From: Rhodospirillaceae bacterium
Lineage (GTDB): Bacteria; Pseudomonadota; Gammaproteobacteria; Burkholderiales; SG8-41
Direction: 5' to 3'
Assembly: GCA_050260255.1 (NCBI GenBank)
Contig: JBLNBW010000044.1
Coordinates: 16,741 to 80,740, forward strand
Length of the DNA stretch: 64,000 bases
Part shown: positions 22,547 through 34,444 of the stretch, piece by piece
How the letters are laid out: the number at the start of each line of letters is the position of its first letter
Position numbering within the stretch: the stretch's first letter is position 1
The notes under the pieces: generated by a model
What the model saw: only the letters and a program-made list of their open reading frames with translations
Database searches by the model: none
What the model was told of the DNA's origin: nothing
Translations under genes and position numbers: made by a program

Positions 22547-23014
22547 ATGAAAAGAATCGTCGCCATACTTGTGCTTTTGTCATGTGGCGTGGCGCCGCTG
22601 CACGCGGCGCAACTGTACCGCTGGGTCGATGCCCAGGGCCGCGTCGAGTGGCGCGACACGCCGCCGCCGGAGAACGCCAAGCAGGTAGAGCAGCGCCGCG
22701 TGCAGGGCAACCTCACGCCCAGCACCGGGCTGCCTTACGCCGTGCAGCAGGCGGCGAAGAATTTTCCCGTGACGCTGTGGACGACCGCCTGCGGCGTGGT
22801 GTGCGACAAGGCCAAAAGCCATCTCGTCGCGCGCCGCATTCCGTTCGTCGAGAAGGACGCCAAGGCAGACAACGAGGAGTTCCGCAAAATCACGGGCACG
22901 ATGGAAGTACCGGTGCTGCTCGTGGGACGCCAGCAGCTCAAAGGGTATTCGGCGGCCGACTGGGATGCAGCGCTCGACGCGGCCGGCTACCCGCACGCTT
23001 CCGCTACGCCCTAG
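22547..23014 (+). CDS. secreted DUF4124 domain fused to a glutaredoxin-like fold
   Basis: ORF 22466..23014 trimmed to MKRIVAILVLLSCGVAPLHAA (signal peptide). LYRWVDAQGRVEWRDTPPP is DUF4124-like. VTLWTTACGVVCDKAKSHL...EVPVLLVG is thioredoxin/glutaredoxin-like. Confidence 0.65.
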   Translation: MKRIVAILVLLSCGVAPLHAAQLYRWVDAQGRVEWRDTPPPENAKQVEQRRVQGNLTPSTGLPYAVQQAAKNFPVTLWTTACGVVCDKAKSHLVARRIPFVEKDAKADNEEFRKITGTMEVPVLLVGRQQLKGYSAADWDAALDAAGYPHASATP

Positions 23015-23016
23015 TC

Positions 23017-23787
23017 ATGCGCATCGCGACCTGGAACGTCAATTCGCTGAAGATTCGTCTGCCGCACCTGCTGCAGTGGCTGGCATCGCACCAGCCCGAT
23101 GTCATGTGCCTGCAGGAGACGAAGCTCGAAGACGCCGCGTTTCCCAGGGATGACATTGCGGCAGCGGGCTACCAGGTGCTCTGCTGCGGGCAGAAGACAT
23201 ACAACGGCGTTGCCATACTGTCGCGCCAACCGGCGAGCGATGTCGTCGATGCGCTGCCCGACTTCGACACCACGCACAAGCGCCTGCTCGCCGCCACGAT
23301 CGCTGGGGTGCGCTACGTCTGCGTTTACGTGCCGAATGGGGAGAGTCCGACGTCGGACAAGTATCCGTTCAAGCTCGGCTGGCTCTCGGCATTGCGAGAC
23401 TGGCTGAAAGCCGAACTCGGCCGCCATCCGCGGCTCGCGGTGCTGGGCGACTTCAACATCGCGCCGGAAGAGCGCGACGTGCATGATCCGGCGCTGTGGG
23501 CAGGGCGCATACATTTCACCGAGCCGGAGAAAGCGGCGTTGCGCGAGCTCTACGCGCTCGGTCTCAAGGACAGCTTCCGCCTGTTCGAGCAGCCGCCCGG
23601 CTCCTACACGTGGTGGGATTACCGCATGAATGCGTTCCGTCGCAAGATGGGGCTGCGCATCGATCACATCCTGGTGTCGCCGGCGCTCGCGGCATCATGC
23701 AAAGCCTGCACCGTAGACGTCGAGCCGCGACGGCTGGAACGGCCTTCGGATCACGCTCCGGTCTTTGCCGACTTTTCAGCGGCGTGA
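23017..23787 (+). CDS. xthA: exodeoxyribonuclease III
   Basis: Only the last 256 codons of ORF 22582..23787 are real: MRIATWNVNSLKIRL...DVMCLQETK...GDFNIAPE...RIDHILVS. Confidence 0.9.
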   Translation: MRIATWNVNSLKIRLPHLLQWLASHQPDVMCLQETKLEDAAFPRDDIAAAGYQVLCCGQKTYNGVAILSRQPASDVVDALPDFDTTHKRLLAATIAGVRYVCVYVPNGESPTSDKYPFKLGWLSALRDWLKAELGRHPRLAVLGDFNIAPEERDVHDPALWAGRIHFTEPEKAALRELYALGLKDSFRLFEQPPGSYTWWDYRMNAFRRKMGLRIDHILVSPALAASCKACTVDVEPRRLERPSDHAPVFADFSAA

Positions 23788-23817
23788 ACCGTGAGTTCTG
23801 ACTGGTGACTGGAACGC

Positions 23818-23834
23818 GAACGGCCGCACCGTTC
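23818..23834. terminator. short hairpin between the convergent xthA and ntrC genes
   Basis: GAACGG-CCGCA-CCGTTC: 6-bp stem, no clear U-tract. Confidence 0.3.
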
Positions 23835-23876
23835 TCTGGCCTCACCCCTTACTCCTCACTCTTCACCGCGTAGCGC

Positions 23877-25277
23877 TCACTCCTCACTGTCTTTCGCATC
23901 GATCTTGAGCTCCTGCACCTTGCGCGTAAGCGTGTTGCGGCCGACGCCGAGGAGATGCGCGGCCTCGATGCGCCGCCCGCCCGTGTGGGCCAGCGCACGC
24001 AGGATGAGCGTCTTCTCGAACTGGCGCGTGAGCTCGTCCATGATCGCCGTCTCGCCGCGGTTGAGCCGCTGATCCGCTTCGCGGTCCAACGCAGCGGCCC
24101 AGTCTTCGCCCGGCGTGCTCGCGTTGTCGCCTCGCAGCTCGGGCGGCAGGTCGGTTACTTCGATGTTCATCGCCGGCGCCATCACGGTCAGCCAATGGCA
24201 CACGTTTTCCAGCTGGCGCACATTGCCGGGCCAGTCCTGCCCCTGCAGGTATTTGAGGGCGGCATCGGATAGACGCTTGGCTTCCACACCGAGCTCGCGC
24301 GCACTTTTCTGCAGGAAGTGGCGGGTAAGCAGCGGAATGTCTTCGCGTCTTTCGCGCAACGGCGGCAGCCGCAACCGTATGACGTTCAGGCGGTGAAAGA
24401 GATCTTCCCGGAACAAACCCTGCCGAACACGGGCCTCGAGATCCTGGTGTGTCGCGGCGATGACGCGCACGTTGGCCTTGATGGGCTGATGGCCGCCGAC
24501 GCGATAGAAATTGCCGTCCGAGAGCACGCGCAGCAGCCGCGTCTGCAGCTCCGCCGGCATGTCGCCGATCTCGTCGAGAAACAGCGTGCCCCCTTCCGCC
24601 TGCTCGAAACGCCCGCGGCGCATGGTTTGAGCGCCCGTGAATGCGCCACGCTCATGGCCGAACAATTCGGACTCGAGCAGCTCCTTGGGTATCGCCGCCG
24701 TGTTGAGGGCGATGAACGGCCGCGATGCACGCGGGCTGTGCTTGTGCAGCGCGCTCGCGACGAGCTCCTTGCCCGTCCCCGACTCACCGGTGATGAGCAC
24801 CGTCGCCTGCGATTGCGACAGTCGACCGATTGCGCGAAATACCTCCTGCATCGCCGGCGCCTGACCCAGCATTTCGGGCGTGGCATCGGTCGTCTCGGCC
24901 GCAGTCTCGTGCGAAAGGCTCTCTTCGGTCGCGCGCCGTATCAGCTCCACCGCATGATCGACGTCGAACGGCTTGGGCAAGTACTCGTACGCGCCCCCTT
25001 GAAACGCCGCCACCGCGCTCTCGAGATCCGAGTAGGCGGTCATGATGATCACGGGCAGCCCTGGATAGCGCTCCTTGGCCTTTTGCAGCAGCTCCAAACC
25101 GGATTCGCCCGGCATGCGGATGTCGCTCACGATCACTTGCGGCGTCTCGCTGTCCAGCGCCACGAGCGCCTGACGCGCCGATTCGAAAGTCTTGAACGAA
25201 ATATTCTCGCGGGTGAGCGCTTTCTCGAACACCCAGCGTATCGACCGGTCGTCGTCTATGATCCACACCGGCTTCAT
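23877..25277 (-). CDS. ntrC: nitrogen regulation protein NR(I), sigma54 enhancer-binding response regulator
   Basis: ORF trimmed to [16 protein letters not shown] (receiver domain). AAA+ motifs GESGTGKE and ERGAFTGA, plus a C-terminal Fis-type HTH. Confidence 0.9.
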   Translation of the reverse strand: MKPVWIIDDDRSIRWVFEKALTRENISFKTFESARQALVALDSETPQVIVSDIRMPGESGLELLQKAKERYPGLPVIIMTAYSDLESAVAAFQGGAYEYLPKPFDVDHAVELIRRATEESLSHETAAETTDATPEMLGQAPAMQEVFRAIGRLSQSQATVLITGESGTGKELVASALHKHSPRASRPFIALNTAAIPKELLESELFGHERGAFTGAQTMRRGRFEQAEGGTLFLDEIGDMPAELQTRLLRVLSDGNFYRVGGHQPIKANVRVIAATHQDLEARVRQGLFREDLFHRLNVIRLRLPPLRERREDIPLLTRHFLQKSARELGVEAKRLSDAALKYLQGQDWPGNVRQLENVCHWLTVMAPAMNIEVTDLPPELRGDNASTPGEDWAAALDREADQRLNRGETAIMDELTRQFEKTLILRALAHTGGRRIEAAHLLGVGRNTLTRKVQELKIDAKDSEE

Positions 25278-25299
25278 GAGCACCGCCTTTCGTTGATCA

Positions 25300-26394
25300 T
25301 CATGCTGTCGCCGGGCCGGCACGGTGCGCCTCGCACACCGGCAGCAATATCGTGAACACGGTGTTGCCCGGCACGCTCTCGAGCGTGAGGGTCCCGTGAT
25401 GCTGCGAAATGAAATTCTGCGCGAGCGTGAGGCCAAGCCCCGTGCCGCCTTCGCGTCCCGAGACGAGCGGATAGAACACGCGCTCCTTCATGGCCTCCGG
25501 TATGCCGGGCCCGTTGTCCCTGATCGTCACTTCGATGGCATGGCGATAACGCTTGCGGGCCAGCGTCACCTGCCGAGCGATGCGGGTGCGCAACGTGATT
25601 TCTCCGGGTTCGGCATCCGTCCCGCGTCCGACGATCGCCTGCGCTGCGTTGCGCACGATATTGAGCACCGCCTGTATCAACTGCTCGCGGTCACCGGTGA
25701 TCGACGGCAAGCTCGTGTCGTAATCGCGCTTCACCCGGATGCCGCGCGGATATTCGGCGAGGATCACGCTGCGAACCCGCTCCAGCACTTCGTGAATGTT
25801 GACCTGCGTCGGCTGCGGCAGGCGGTGCGGCGTGAGCAGGCGATCCATGAGCGCTTGGAGGCGGTCGGCCTCCTTCATGATCACCTGGGTGTATTCATGA
25901 AGATTGGGACGCTCGAGCTCACGATCGAGCAATTGCGCGGCGCCGCGTATGCCGCCCAACGGGTTCTTGATCTCATGCGCGAGATTGCGTATCAGCTCGC
26001 GATTGGCGTGAGTCTGATCGAGGATGCGCTCCTCGCGCGCGATCTTGAGCTGCTGCTCGATGTGACGGAGTTCGAGGATGAAGCCTGGCTCGTGCGCCGG
26101 CTCGGTGAGCTCCACGGGCGTGACCGTACACGATAGGCGCAGCTTGCCGTCCTCCATGGCGAACTCGAGGTCGTGCTCGGTGTATGTCGCCTTGTCCTGG
26201 CGCGCATGCTCGATCGCGCCGTGGAGCACGCCATTGCCGGGGAAGACTTCGTCGAGCGGGACGTCCTGCGCATTGCGGCTGGATACCTTGAAGAGGTTCT
26301 CGGCGGCGGGATTCATGTAGCGCACGAAGCCGTCTTCGCTCACGAGCACGACCGCCGTGGCAAGGAGTTCCAGTCCAGCGAGCACGGCGATCAT
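25300..26394 (-). CDS. ntrB: nitrogen regulation sensor histidine kinase NR(II)
   Basis: N-terminal PAS domain, H-box LAHEIKNPLGGIRG, N/G boxes VRNAAQA and GTGLGL. Confidence 0.9.
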   Translation of the reverse strand: MIAVLAGLELLATAVVLVSEDGFVRYMNPAAENLFKVSSRNAQDVPLDEVFPGNGVLHGAIEHARQDKATYTEHDLEFAMEDGKLRLSCTVTPVELTEPAHEPGFILELRHIEQQLKIAREERILDQTHANRELIRNLAHEIKNPLGGIRGAAQLLDRELERPNLHEYTQVIMKEADRLQALMDRLLTPHRLPQPTQVNIHEVLERVRSVILAEYPRGIRVKRDYDTSLPSITGDREQLIQAVLNIVRNAAQAIVGRGTDAEPGEITLRTRIARQVTLARKRYRHAIEVTIRDNGPGIPEAMKERVFYPLVSGREGGTGLGLTLAQNFISQHHGTLTLESVPGNTVFTILLPVCEAHRAGPATA

Positions 26395-26458
26395 GTCCGT
26401 GCGCCCGACACAGGGATGCAGCCGGATTCACCCGGCTGGGAAGGAAGGAGCGCCGGTC

Positions 26459-26938
26459 TTAACGCAGACCGGAAAGCTCTTTCTTGAGATTCGCGATATT
26501 GTTCTCGTGGAGCTGCACGCGCTTTTGATAGGGCTCGAGCCGGTCCAGCACCCGCTGATAGTTGCGTTCGTTGCCCTGCCGTATGCTTTCCTGCTCCGCA
26601 AGCTCCTTCTTTGCCTGCTCCAGCAGCTTCTGCTCGTTGGTGAGCTCCTGCTCGAGGATCTTGCGCCGATCGATGTCCCGCTGCTGCTGCGTTTGCGCGT
26701 CCACTTTCGGGAAATTCGACGGTGTCGCCGCTGGTGCCTTTGCGGCCGGCTTCGGCGGCGGAGGCACCGAATTGATCGGCCCCACGTTGAGCTGCTTGCA
26801 GCCGCGCGCTTCGGCCTTGATGTTCGTGAAGCGGCGGTTGCCCCCTTCGTCGGTACACTCCCAGATCTCGGCGCGCAGCGACGAGGCGCAGGCGCCGAGC
26901 AGCAGTGCAAGGATGAGTGTACGCATGGGCATCGTCAT
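26459..26938 (-). CDS. secreted DUF4124-like protein with a Pro-rich spacer and a coiled-coil tail
   Basis: Signal peptide MRTLILALLLGACASSLRA, then EIWECTDEGGNRRFTN, PPPPKPAAKAPAA, and a heptad-rich tail ILEQELTNEQKLLEQAKKELAEQE. Confidence 0.65.
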   Translation of the reverse strand: MTMPMRTLILALLLGACASSLRAEIWECTDEGGNRRFTNIKAEARGCKQLNVGPINSVPPPPKPAAKAPAATPSNFPKVDAQTQQQRDIDRRKILEQELTNEQKLLEQAKKELAEQESIRQGNERNYQRVLDRLEPYQKRVQLHENNIANLKKELSGLR

Positions 26939-27044
26939 TGTCGGTGTTATAGGCTGCCGCAGGAAGGACGCGGTTCACGGCACGCGTCACTGGGCGACAG
27001 TCTAAGTCAGCACTCGTCATATGACAATGCACGTGCGCTTTTCC

Positions 27045-27076
27045 AAAAAAGAAGGCGGGCGCGAGGGCCCGCCTTC
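27045..27076 (-). terminator. rho-independent terminator of glnA
   Basis: Minus strand reads GAAGGCGGGC-CCTCGC-GCCCGCCTTC followed by TTTTTT. 10-bp perfect stem, 22 nt after the glnA stop. Confidence 0.75.
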
Positions 27077-27097
27077 GCTTCGTGCCGCAGGCCCGGG

Positions 27098-28510
27098 TTA
27101 CAGGCTGTAATACATCTGGAACTCGACCGGGTGAGTCGTCATCCGGAACAACGTGACTTCTTCCATCTTCAACGCGATGTACGCGTCGATCATGTCGTTG
27201 GAGAACACGCCGCCGCGGGTGAGGAACTCGCGGTCCTTGTCCAGGTGCTCCAGAGCCATGTCCAGCGACGAGCACACATTCGGCACCTTCTTCGCCTCTT
27301 CCGGCGGCAGATCGTAGAGGTTCTTGTCGATCGGATCGCCGGGGTGGATCTTGTTCTGGATGCCGTCGAGGCCGGCCATCATCATTGCGGTGAACGCGAG
27401 ATACGGGTTCGCCGTCGGATCCGGGAAGCGCACTTCGATGCGGCGCGCTTTCGGGCTTGTCACGTACGGAATGCGTACCGAGGCCGAGCGATTGCGCGCG
27501 GAGTAGGCGAGGTTGATCGGCGCTTCGAAGCCGGGCACCAGGCGCTTGTACGAGTTCGTGCCCGGGTTGGTGATGGCGTTCAGCGCCTTGGCGTGCTTGA
27601 TGATGCCGCCGATGTAATACAGCGCGAGCTCCGACAGCCCGGAGTAGCCGTTGCCGCTGAACAGGTTCTGGCCGCCTTTCCACAGCGACTGGTGTACGTG
27701 CATGCCGGAACCGTTGTCGCCCACGACAGGCTTCGGCATGAAGGTCGCAGTCTTGCCGTAGGAGTGCGCAACGTTATGCACCGTGTACTTAAGGATCTGC
27801 ATCCAGTCGGCGCGCTTCACCAGGCTGTTGAACTTGGTGCCGATCTCGCACTGTCCCGGCGCCGCAACCTCGTGGTGATGAACTTCGACTTCGACGCCCT
27901 GCTCTTCGAGCGCAAGGCACATCGCCGAGCGGATGTCCTGCAGCGAATCGACCGGCGGAACGGGGAAATAGCCGCCCTTCACCGGCGGGCGATGGCCCAT
28001 GTTGCCGCCCTCGAAGTCTTCCGCCGTGGACCACGGCGCTTCTTCGGACTTGATCTTCACGTACGAGCCCGACATGTCGACGTTCCAGGTGACCGAGTCG
28101 AAAATGAAGAACTCGGGCTCGGGACCGAAGTAAGCGGTATCGCCTATGCCGGTGGACTTGAGATACGCCTCGCCGCGCTTGGCGATCGAGCGCGGATCGC
28201 GGTCATAGCCCTTGCCGTCGGCAGGCTCGATGACGTCGCAGGTGAGAATGAGCGTGGCTTCGTCAGTGAACGGGTCCATGCGCGCGCTCTCGGGATCCGG
28301 CATGAGCAGCATGTCGGACGCCTGGATGCCTTTCCATCCGGCAATGGACGAACCGTCGAAGGCATGGCCGTCAGTGAACTTGTCTTCCCCGAAATGTTTG
28401 GCTGGCACCGACACGTGCTGTTCCTTGCCCCGGGTGTCGGTGAAGCGCAGATCAACGAATTTCGTTTCGTTGTCTTTGAGCATTTTCATTACATTGGCAG
28501 CGCCTGCCAT
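27098..28510 (-). CDS. glnA: glutamine synthetase type I
   Basis: 470 aa. FDGSSI and GSGMHVHQS motifs, and the adenylylation loop [10 protein letters not shown]. Confidence 0.95.
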   Translation of the reverse strand: MAGAANVMKMLKDNETKFVDLRFTDTRGKEQHVSVPAKHFGEDKFTDGHAFDGSSIAGWKGIQASDMLLMPDPESARMDPFTDEATLILTCDVIEPADGKGYDRDPRSIAKRGEAYLKSTGIGDTAYFGPEPEFFIFDSVTWNVDMSGSYVKIKSEEAPWSTAEDFEGGNMGHRPPVKGGYFPVPPVDSLQDIRSAMCLALEEQGVEVEVHHHEVAAPGQCEIGTKFNSLVKRADWMQILKYTVHNVAHSYGKTATFMPKPVVGDNGSGMHVHQSLWKGGQNLFSGNGYSGLSELALYYIGGIIKHAKALNAITNPGTNSYKRLVPGFEAPINLAYSARNRSASVRIPYVTSPKARRIEVRFPDPTANPYLAFTAMMMAGLDGIQNKIHPGDPIDKNLYDLPPEEAKKVPNVCSSLDMALEHLDKDREFLTRGGVFSNDMIDAYIALKMEEVTLFRMTTHPVEFQMYYSL

Positions 28511-28564
28511 CGTATTCTCCTAATAATTGAAGCTGCGAGTCCCGTACTGACGGGAGCCCGGTTC

Positions 28565-28580
28565 AGCACGATCTGTACCA
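28565..28580 (-). promoter_or_regulatory. sigma54 (-24/-12) promoter candidate for glnA
   Basis: Minus strand reads TGGTACAGATCGTGCT: GG-N10-GC spacing, matching TGGYAC-N5-TTGCW at most positions. About 55 nt upstream of the glnA ATG. Confidence 0.5.
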
Positions 28581-28641
28581 CGCCCATGCACCAAAAAGGC
28601 GTTGTGCCACAAGGGGTTGTACACGAGCCCATGCGCGGTTA

Positions 28642-28658
28642 TGCACCGTATTGGTGCA
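28642..28658. promoter_or_regulatory. NtrC enhancer site (perfect palindrome)
   Basis: TGCACCGTATTGGTGCA equals the TGCACC-N5-GGTGCA consensus. Weaker related sites are TGCACCAAAAAGGCGTT at 28587-28603 and TGCGCC...GGTGCGCA at 28670-28690. Confidence 0.55.
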
Positions 28659-28746
28659 CTCACCCTGCATGCGCCTCATTTTGGTGCGCAGCGAGCTTTC
28701 CGGCAAGCTGTGTAGAATACCCCGCATCGTCGTTGGAGTCTCTGTC

Positions 28747-29196
28747 ATGACTGTGGAAGAAATACTCAAGGCGGCGCGCGACCGCGCCCGCGACATGGGG
28801 CTACCCTATGAAGGAGCGCTACTGCCGCGCGAAGCTTACGAGCTGATACAGCAGACGCCCGCCAAGCTGGTGGACGTGCGCACGCGCGCCGAATGGGACT
28901 GGGTAGGCCGTATCCCCGGTGCGGTCGAAATCGAGCTGCTCCAGTACCCCGGCAGCCGTCCCAACCCGAATTTCATGCAGGAGCTGCAGCGCGCCGTGGA
29001 CCCCGCCAAAAACGACCCGCTGCTTTTCATCTGCCGCAGCGGCGGACGGTCCCACAACGCGGCGATGCTCGCGCATGAGGCGGGCTACGAGGCGTACAAC
29101 GTGCTCGAGGGCTTCGAAGGCGATAAGGACGCGACCGGGCATCGGAACACCAAAGGCGGCTGGCGCGCTGCCGGCCTGCCCTGGGTGCAAAGCTGA
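28747..29196 (+). CDS. rhodanese-domain sulfurtransferase
   Basis: ORF 28651..29196 trimmed to MTVEEILKAARD. Contains LVDVRT..EW and the active-site loop FICRSGGRS. Confidence 0.8.
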   Translation: MTVEEILKAARDRARDMGLPYEGALLPREAYELIQQTPAKLVDVRTRAEWDWVGRIPGAVEIELLQYPGSRPNPNFMQELQRAVDPAKNDPLLFICRSGGRSHNAAMLAHEAGYEAYNVLEGFEGDKDATGHRNTKGGWRAAGLPWVQS

Positions 29197-29204
29197 CCCA
29201 GCAA

Positions 29205-30416
29205 TCATGAGCGTTGCGGCGACGAGCTTCGACTCGCGTCGTGCAACGTCAAACATCCGGTCAATGCGGCACCGAGGGCGGTGATGGCCGCAGCTGTGGC
29301 CATCGTGCCGCTCGGTGCGGCGCGCTCGACCAATACACCGCCTGCCGCGAGCCCGCCGCTGATGCCGCCGAGCAGGCACGTCGTCCCCCACGTGAAGCTT
29401 TCGGCCAGCATCTCGCGCGGCGTCAGATGCGAGACCAGCAGCGACTGGATTGAAATGACCGTCGCCATGGGCACCCCGGCAATCACCGAAATCACGACGA
29501 AGAGCGCAATGTTCTCGAGCGGCGTCATCAGCATGATCGATGCTGCCATGCCGAGCAACGCCCACAGAAACTGACGCGGCAGAGGCATCGTCCAGTGCCG
29601 GCTGCCGTACGTCAGCGCTCCCGCCGCACTGCCCACGCTCGCCATCGCGAGCGCCACGCCCGCAATCCCGGGCCGCCCATGATTAGCGGCGAACGCGGTG
29701 ACCGCCACTTCGAATAGTCCGAACGCGATCGAATAGCACACGGTAATGGCAAATACGAGCAGCAGCTGGGGTCGACGCAACAGCCCGCGCCGCGTCGATG
29801 GCCCGCCTCGCGTCGGACGCCACGCGCGAACCATTTCAGCCCGCAGGAATATCGAGCCGCCCGCTGCGGCGCACACTGCCGCCGATGCGACGGCGACCGC
29901 CGGATAGCCGGCACCGACGCATGCTGCAACGAGCGCGGGCCCGACGATGAAGATGAACTCCACCAGCGCGGAGTCCAGCGAGTACGCCGTCGGCAGCAGC
30001 GCGGGATCTTCAACGACGCGCGGAAACAGCGCGCGCATGCAGATGCTCACCGGCGGCAACGCAGCGCCGGCGGTCAGCGCGCTCAACGCTATCCAGGCCG
30101 GATGCGCGCTGCGCTCCACGGCATAAATCAGCACCAGCAATGCGGCCGGGTAGATCGCGCTGCACGCCATCATGATCGGGCGGGGCCCGAGGCGGTCGAT
30201 GAGGCGGCCCAATACCGGGGCGACCGCTGCGAGCCCCAGCACGTACAGCGCGCTCGCAAGCCCGGCCTGCACGAAGGAGTGCGAGCGAGCCTGAACGTAT
30301 AGAAGGATGGCGAGACCCGCCACACCAATCGGCAGACGCCCGAGTACGGAAGCGACGAATGCTGCGCGCAGGCCGGGAATGGCGAACAGCGAGCGGTAAC
30401 GACTCAGCGTGAACAC
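29205..30416 (-). CDS. MFS transporter
   Basis: 403 aa, about 12 hydrophobic segments. The GRLIDRLGPRP motif lies between TM2 and TM3. Confidence 0.8.
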   Translation of the reverse strand: MFTLSRYRSLFAIPGLRAAFVASVLGRLPIGVAGLAILLYVQARSHSFVQAGLASALYVLGLAAVAPVLGRLIDRLGPRPIMMACSAIYPAALLVLIYAVERSAHPAWIALSALTAGAALPPVSICMRALFPRVVEDPALLPTAYSLDSALVEFIFIVGPALVAACVGAGYPAVAVASAAVCAAAGGSIFLRAEMVRAWRPTRGGPSTRRGLLRRPQLLLVFAITVCYSIAFGLFEVAVTAFAANHGRPGIAGVALAMASVGSAAGALTYGSRHWTMPLPRQFLWALLGMAASIMLMTPLENIALFVVISVIAGVPMATVISIQSLLVSHLTPREMLAESFTWGTTCLLGGISGGLAAGGVLVERAAPSGTMATAAAITALGAALTGCLTLHDASRSSSPQRS

Positions 30417-30437
30417 AGGATTTATCGCGCCCGAGCG

Positions 30438-31259
30438 CTAGCGCGCCCAGTCCACCAGCCCGCCGTACGCGGTGGCGAGAACCACGATGCCGAACGCGAT
30501 GCGGTACCACGCGAACACGGTGAAATCGTGAGTGGCCACGTAACGCACCAGCCAGCGGATGACGACAAATGCCGAAATGAACGAGACCACCAGCCCCACC
30601 GCGAACACCGGCGTATCGGAGACGGAAAAGAGAGTGCGGTGCTTGTAGAGATCGTACGCGCCCGCCGCCATGAGTGTAGGGACCGCCAGAAAGAATGAGA
30701 ACTCGGTGGCCACCCGCCGCGACAAGCCGAACAGCATGCCGCCGACAATCGTCGCGCCCGAGCGCGACGTGCCCGGTATCAGGGCGAATGCCTGCGCGAA
30801 GCCCACCTTGAGCGCATCGGACCAGCGCATGTCGTCGACGTGCTCGACACGCGGGCGATGTTTACGGCGCTCGACAAACAATATCAGCAGCCCTCCGGCG
30901 ATGAAGGCAATCGCGACTGGCACGGCATAAAACAGATGCGCTTTGATGAGCGACCCGAATGCAAGGCCGAGAACGGCGGCCGGCACGAACGCTATGACGA
31001 GGTTGGCGAGAAAGCGCCGCGCCGCCGCGTCGTGCGCTGCGTGCACGATTGCGCCGAAAAACCGCGCGCGATATTCCCAGATCACCGCAAGCATGGCGCC
31101 GCTCTGGATGACGATATCGAACACCTTGCCTTTGTCGTCGTGGAAATCGAGCAGCTGCGCGGCGATGATGAGATGTCCCGTGCTCGAGATCGGCAGGAAT
31201 TCGGTCAAGCCTTCGACCAGGCCCAGCACGAGGGCCTTCACGAGTAGCACGGCGTCCAT
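30438..31259 (-). CDS. uppP: undecaprenyl-diphosphate phosphatase
   Basis: [18 protein letters not shown] and [10 protein letters not shown] motifs. Confidence 0.9.
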   Translation of the reverse strand: MDAVLLVKALVLGLVEGLTEFLPISSTGHLIIAAQLLDFHDDKGKVFDIVIQSGAMLAVIWEYRARFFGAIVHAAHDAAARRFLANLVIAFVPAAVLGLAFGSLIKAHLFYAVPVAIAFIAGGLLILFVERRKHRPRVEHVDDMRWSDALKVGFAQAFALIPGTSRSGATIVGGMLFGLSRRVATEFSFFLAVPTLMAAGAYDLYKHRTLFSVSDTPVFAVGLVVSFISAFVVIRWLVRYVATHDFTVFAWYRIAFGIVVLATAYGGLVDWAR

Positions 31260-31317
31260 GGGGGCGTCATTGTAGCAGCGGCAACGCCGCTGCTACGCGG
31301 AACTCGTAGCGCCTCGT

Positions 31318-31700
31318 CTACGAGCGCTGATAGGGAGGAACCGGCGCCGGGGTGCCGGACGGCGGCTGCGTATCTCTCAGAAGCTGCCGGATTTCCGCTT
31401 CCAGGCTCTTCAACATCATGAGGCCGGCGAGCGTGCCGCGCAGCTTGACATCGGCATCGATACGATCCAGCTCGCGGCGCAGAATTTCCGGCACCGGACC
31501 TTCGCGTCCTTCGGCCGCTGCGATGAGGGCGTTGCGCAAATACTCGAACATCGCCGCCACCTGCTCTTCGGTCACCAGCGAATGCAGCAGCACGCGCGGA
31601 TCGACGACCTGCGGGATCTGCGCTTCGGGCGGCGCCGCCGCGGCACCGCCGCACAGCACCGAGCCGAGCAGCAGCACCGCAGCATCGAGGCGCGGCTTCA

Positions 31701-31701
<1 letters not shown>
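31318..31701 (-). CDS. small secreted hypothetical protein, translationally coupled to thiC
   Basis: The last 127 codons of ORF 31318..32127. Signal peptide MKPRLDAAVLLLGSVLCGGAAAAPPEA. The ATG overlaps the thiC stop (TGATG). GC3 looks coding. No family recognised. Confidence 0.55.
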
Positions 31702-33700
<1,999 letters not shown>

Positions 33701-33778
33701 ATCTGGCAAACTAATTGAAATATGGGATAATTGCAAGCTCGCGGACCTGCCTTTTACGTCCCTTCCACGAGTGAAAAA

Positions 33779-34444
33779 ATGACGCCACAAGCCGATGTGG
33801 AACGTGCGCGCTTCAACATGGTCGAGCAGCAAATCCGACCCTGGGAAGTGCTCGATCAGCAGATTCTCGATCTTCTCTTCAGCGTGCATCGCGAAGACTA
33901 CGTGCCGGCGCCGTACCGCGCGCTCGCCTTCGCGGACATGGAGATACCGCTGGGGCATGGTGAAAAGATGCTCGCCCCCAAGATCGAAGCCCGCATCCTG
34001 CAGGAGCTGCGCATCAAGCCGACCGACCGCGTGCTCGAAGTAGGCACCGGCAGCGGCTACATGACCGCCCTGCTCGCGAGCCTCGCCTCGCACGTGTACA
34101 GCGTGGATATCGTCCCGGAGTTCACCGAAGCGGCGGCCTCGAAGCTGCGTGCGCATGGCATACACAACGTGACCGTCGAGACCGGGGACGCCGCGCGCGG
34201 CTGGGACAAGCACGGTCCGTATGACGTCATCGTCGTCACCGGCTCGCTGCCCGTTCTGCCGCTCGGTTTTCAGAACAGCCTCCAGCCCGGCGGCCGGCTG
34301 TTCGCCGTCGTGGGCGAGCCCCCCATCATGGAAGCGCGGCTCGTCACTTGCATCTCGCGCGGGGTTTATAACTCGATGGCTGTGTTCGAGACGTGCATAC
34401 CTCCGCTGCGCAACGCCGTACAACCCGAACGGTTCGTTTTTTGA
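33779..34444 (+). CDS. protein-L-isoaspartate O-methyltransferase family protein
   Basis: ORF trimmed to MTPQADVERARFNMVEQQIRPW. SAM motif VLEVGTGSGYMTALLA. Confidence 0.8.
   Translation: MTPQADVERARFNMVEQQIRPWEVLDQQILDLLFSVHREDYVPAPYRALAFADMEIPLGHGEKMLAPKIEARILQELRIKPTDRVLEVGTGSGYMTALLASLASHVYSVDIVPEFTEAAASKLRAHGIHNVTVETGDAARGWDKHGPYDVIVVTGSLPVLPLGFQNSLQPGGRLFAVVGEPPIMEARLVTCISRGVYNSMAVFETCIPPLRNAVQPERFVF

Noticed and set aside
22582-23016. Upstream extension of the xthA ORF (track start 22582)
   Set aside because: It overlaps the DUF4124/glutaredoxin-like gene in another frame. The exonuclease III sequence begins at MRIATWNVNSLK (23017). Similar spurious upstream extensions were trimmed for ORFs 44218, 45114, 49123, 54287, 55590, 59063, 59902, 61415, 62535 and 62969.
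23851-23888. Direct repeat ACTCCTCACT (23851-23860 and 23879-23888) at the ntrC 3' end
   Set aside because: It is a single 10-nt duplicate, and one copy lies inside the ntrC coding end (…DSEE stop). There is no further array structure, so it is probably chance or a small duplication.
28604-28620. TGGCACAACGCCTTTTT (minus strand) as the glnA sigma54 promoter
   Set aside because: The -24 element is good, but no GC dinucleotide sits at the -12 position. The TGGTAC-N5-GTGCT element at 28565-28580 has the correct geometry and is preferred.
26357-28750. 797-aa plus-strand ORF spanning the DUF4124 gene and glnA in antisense
   Set aside because: It has no recognisable domains and overlaps two well-supported minus-strand genes and their terminator. 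This is a GC-rich shadow ORF. The same reasoning applies to 7018..9513(+), 3717..5366(+), 20797..22464(-), 14910..16067(-) and similar ORFs.
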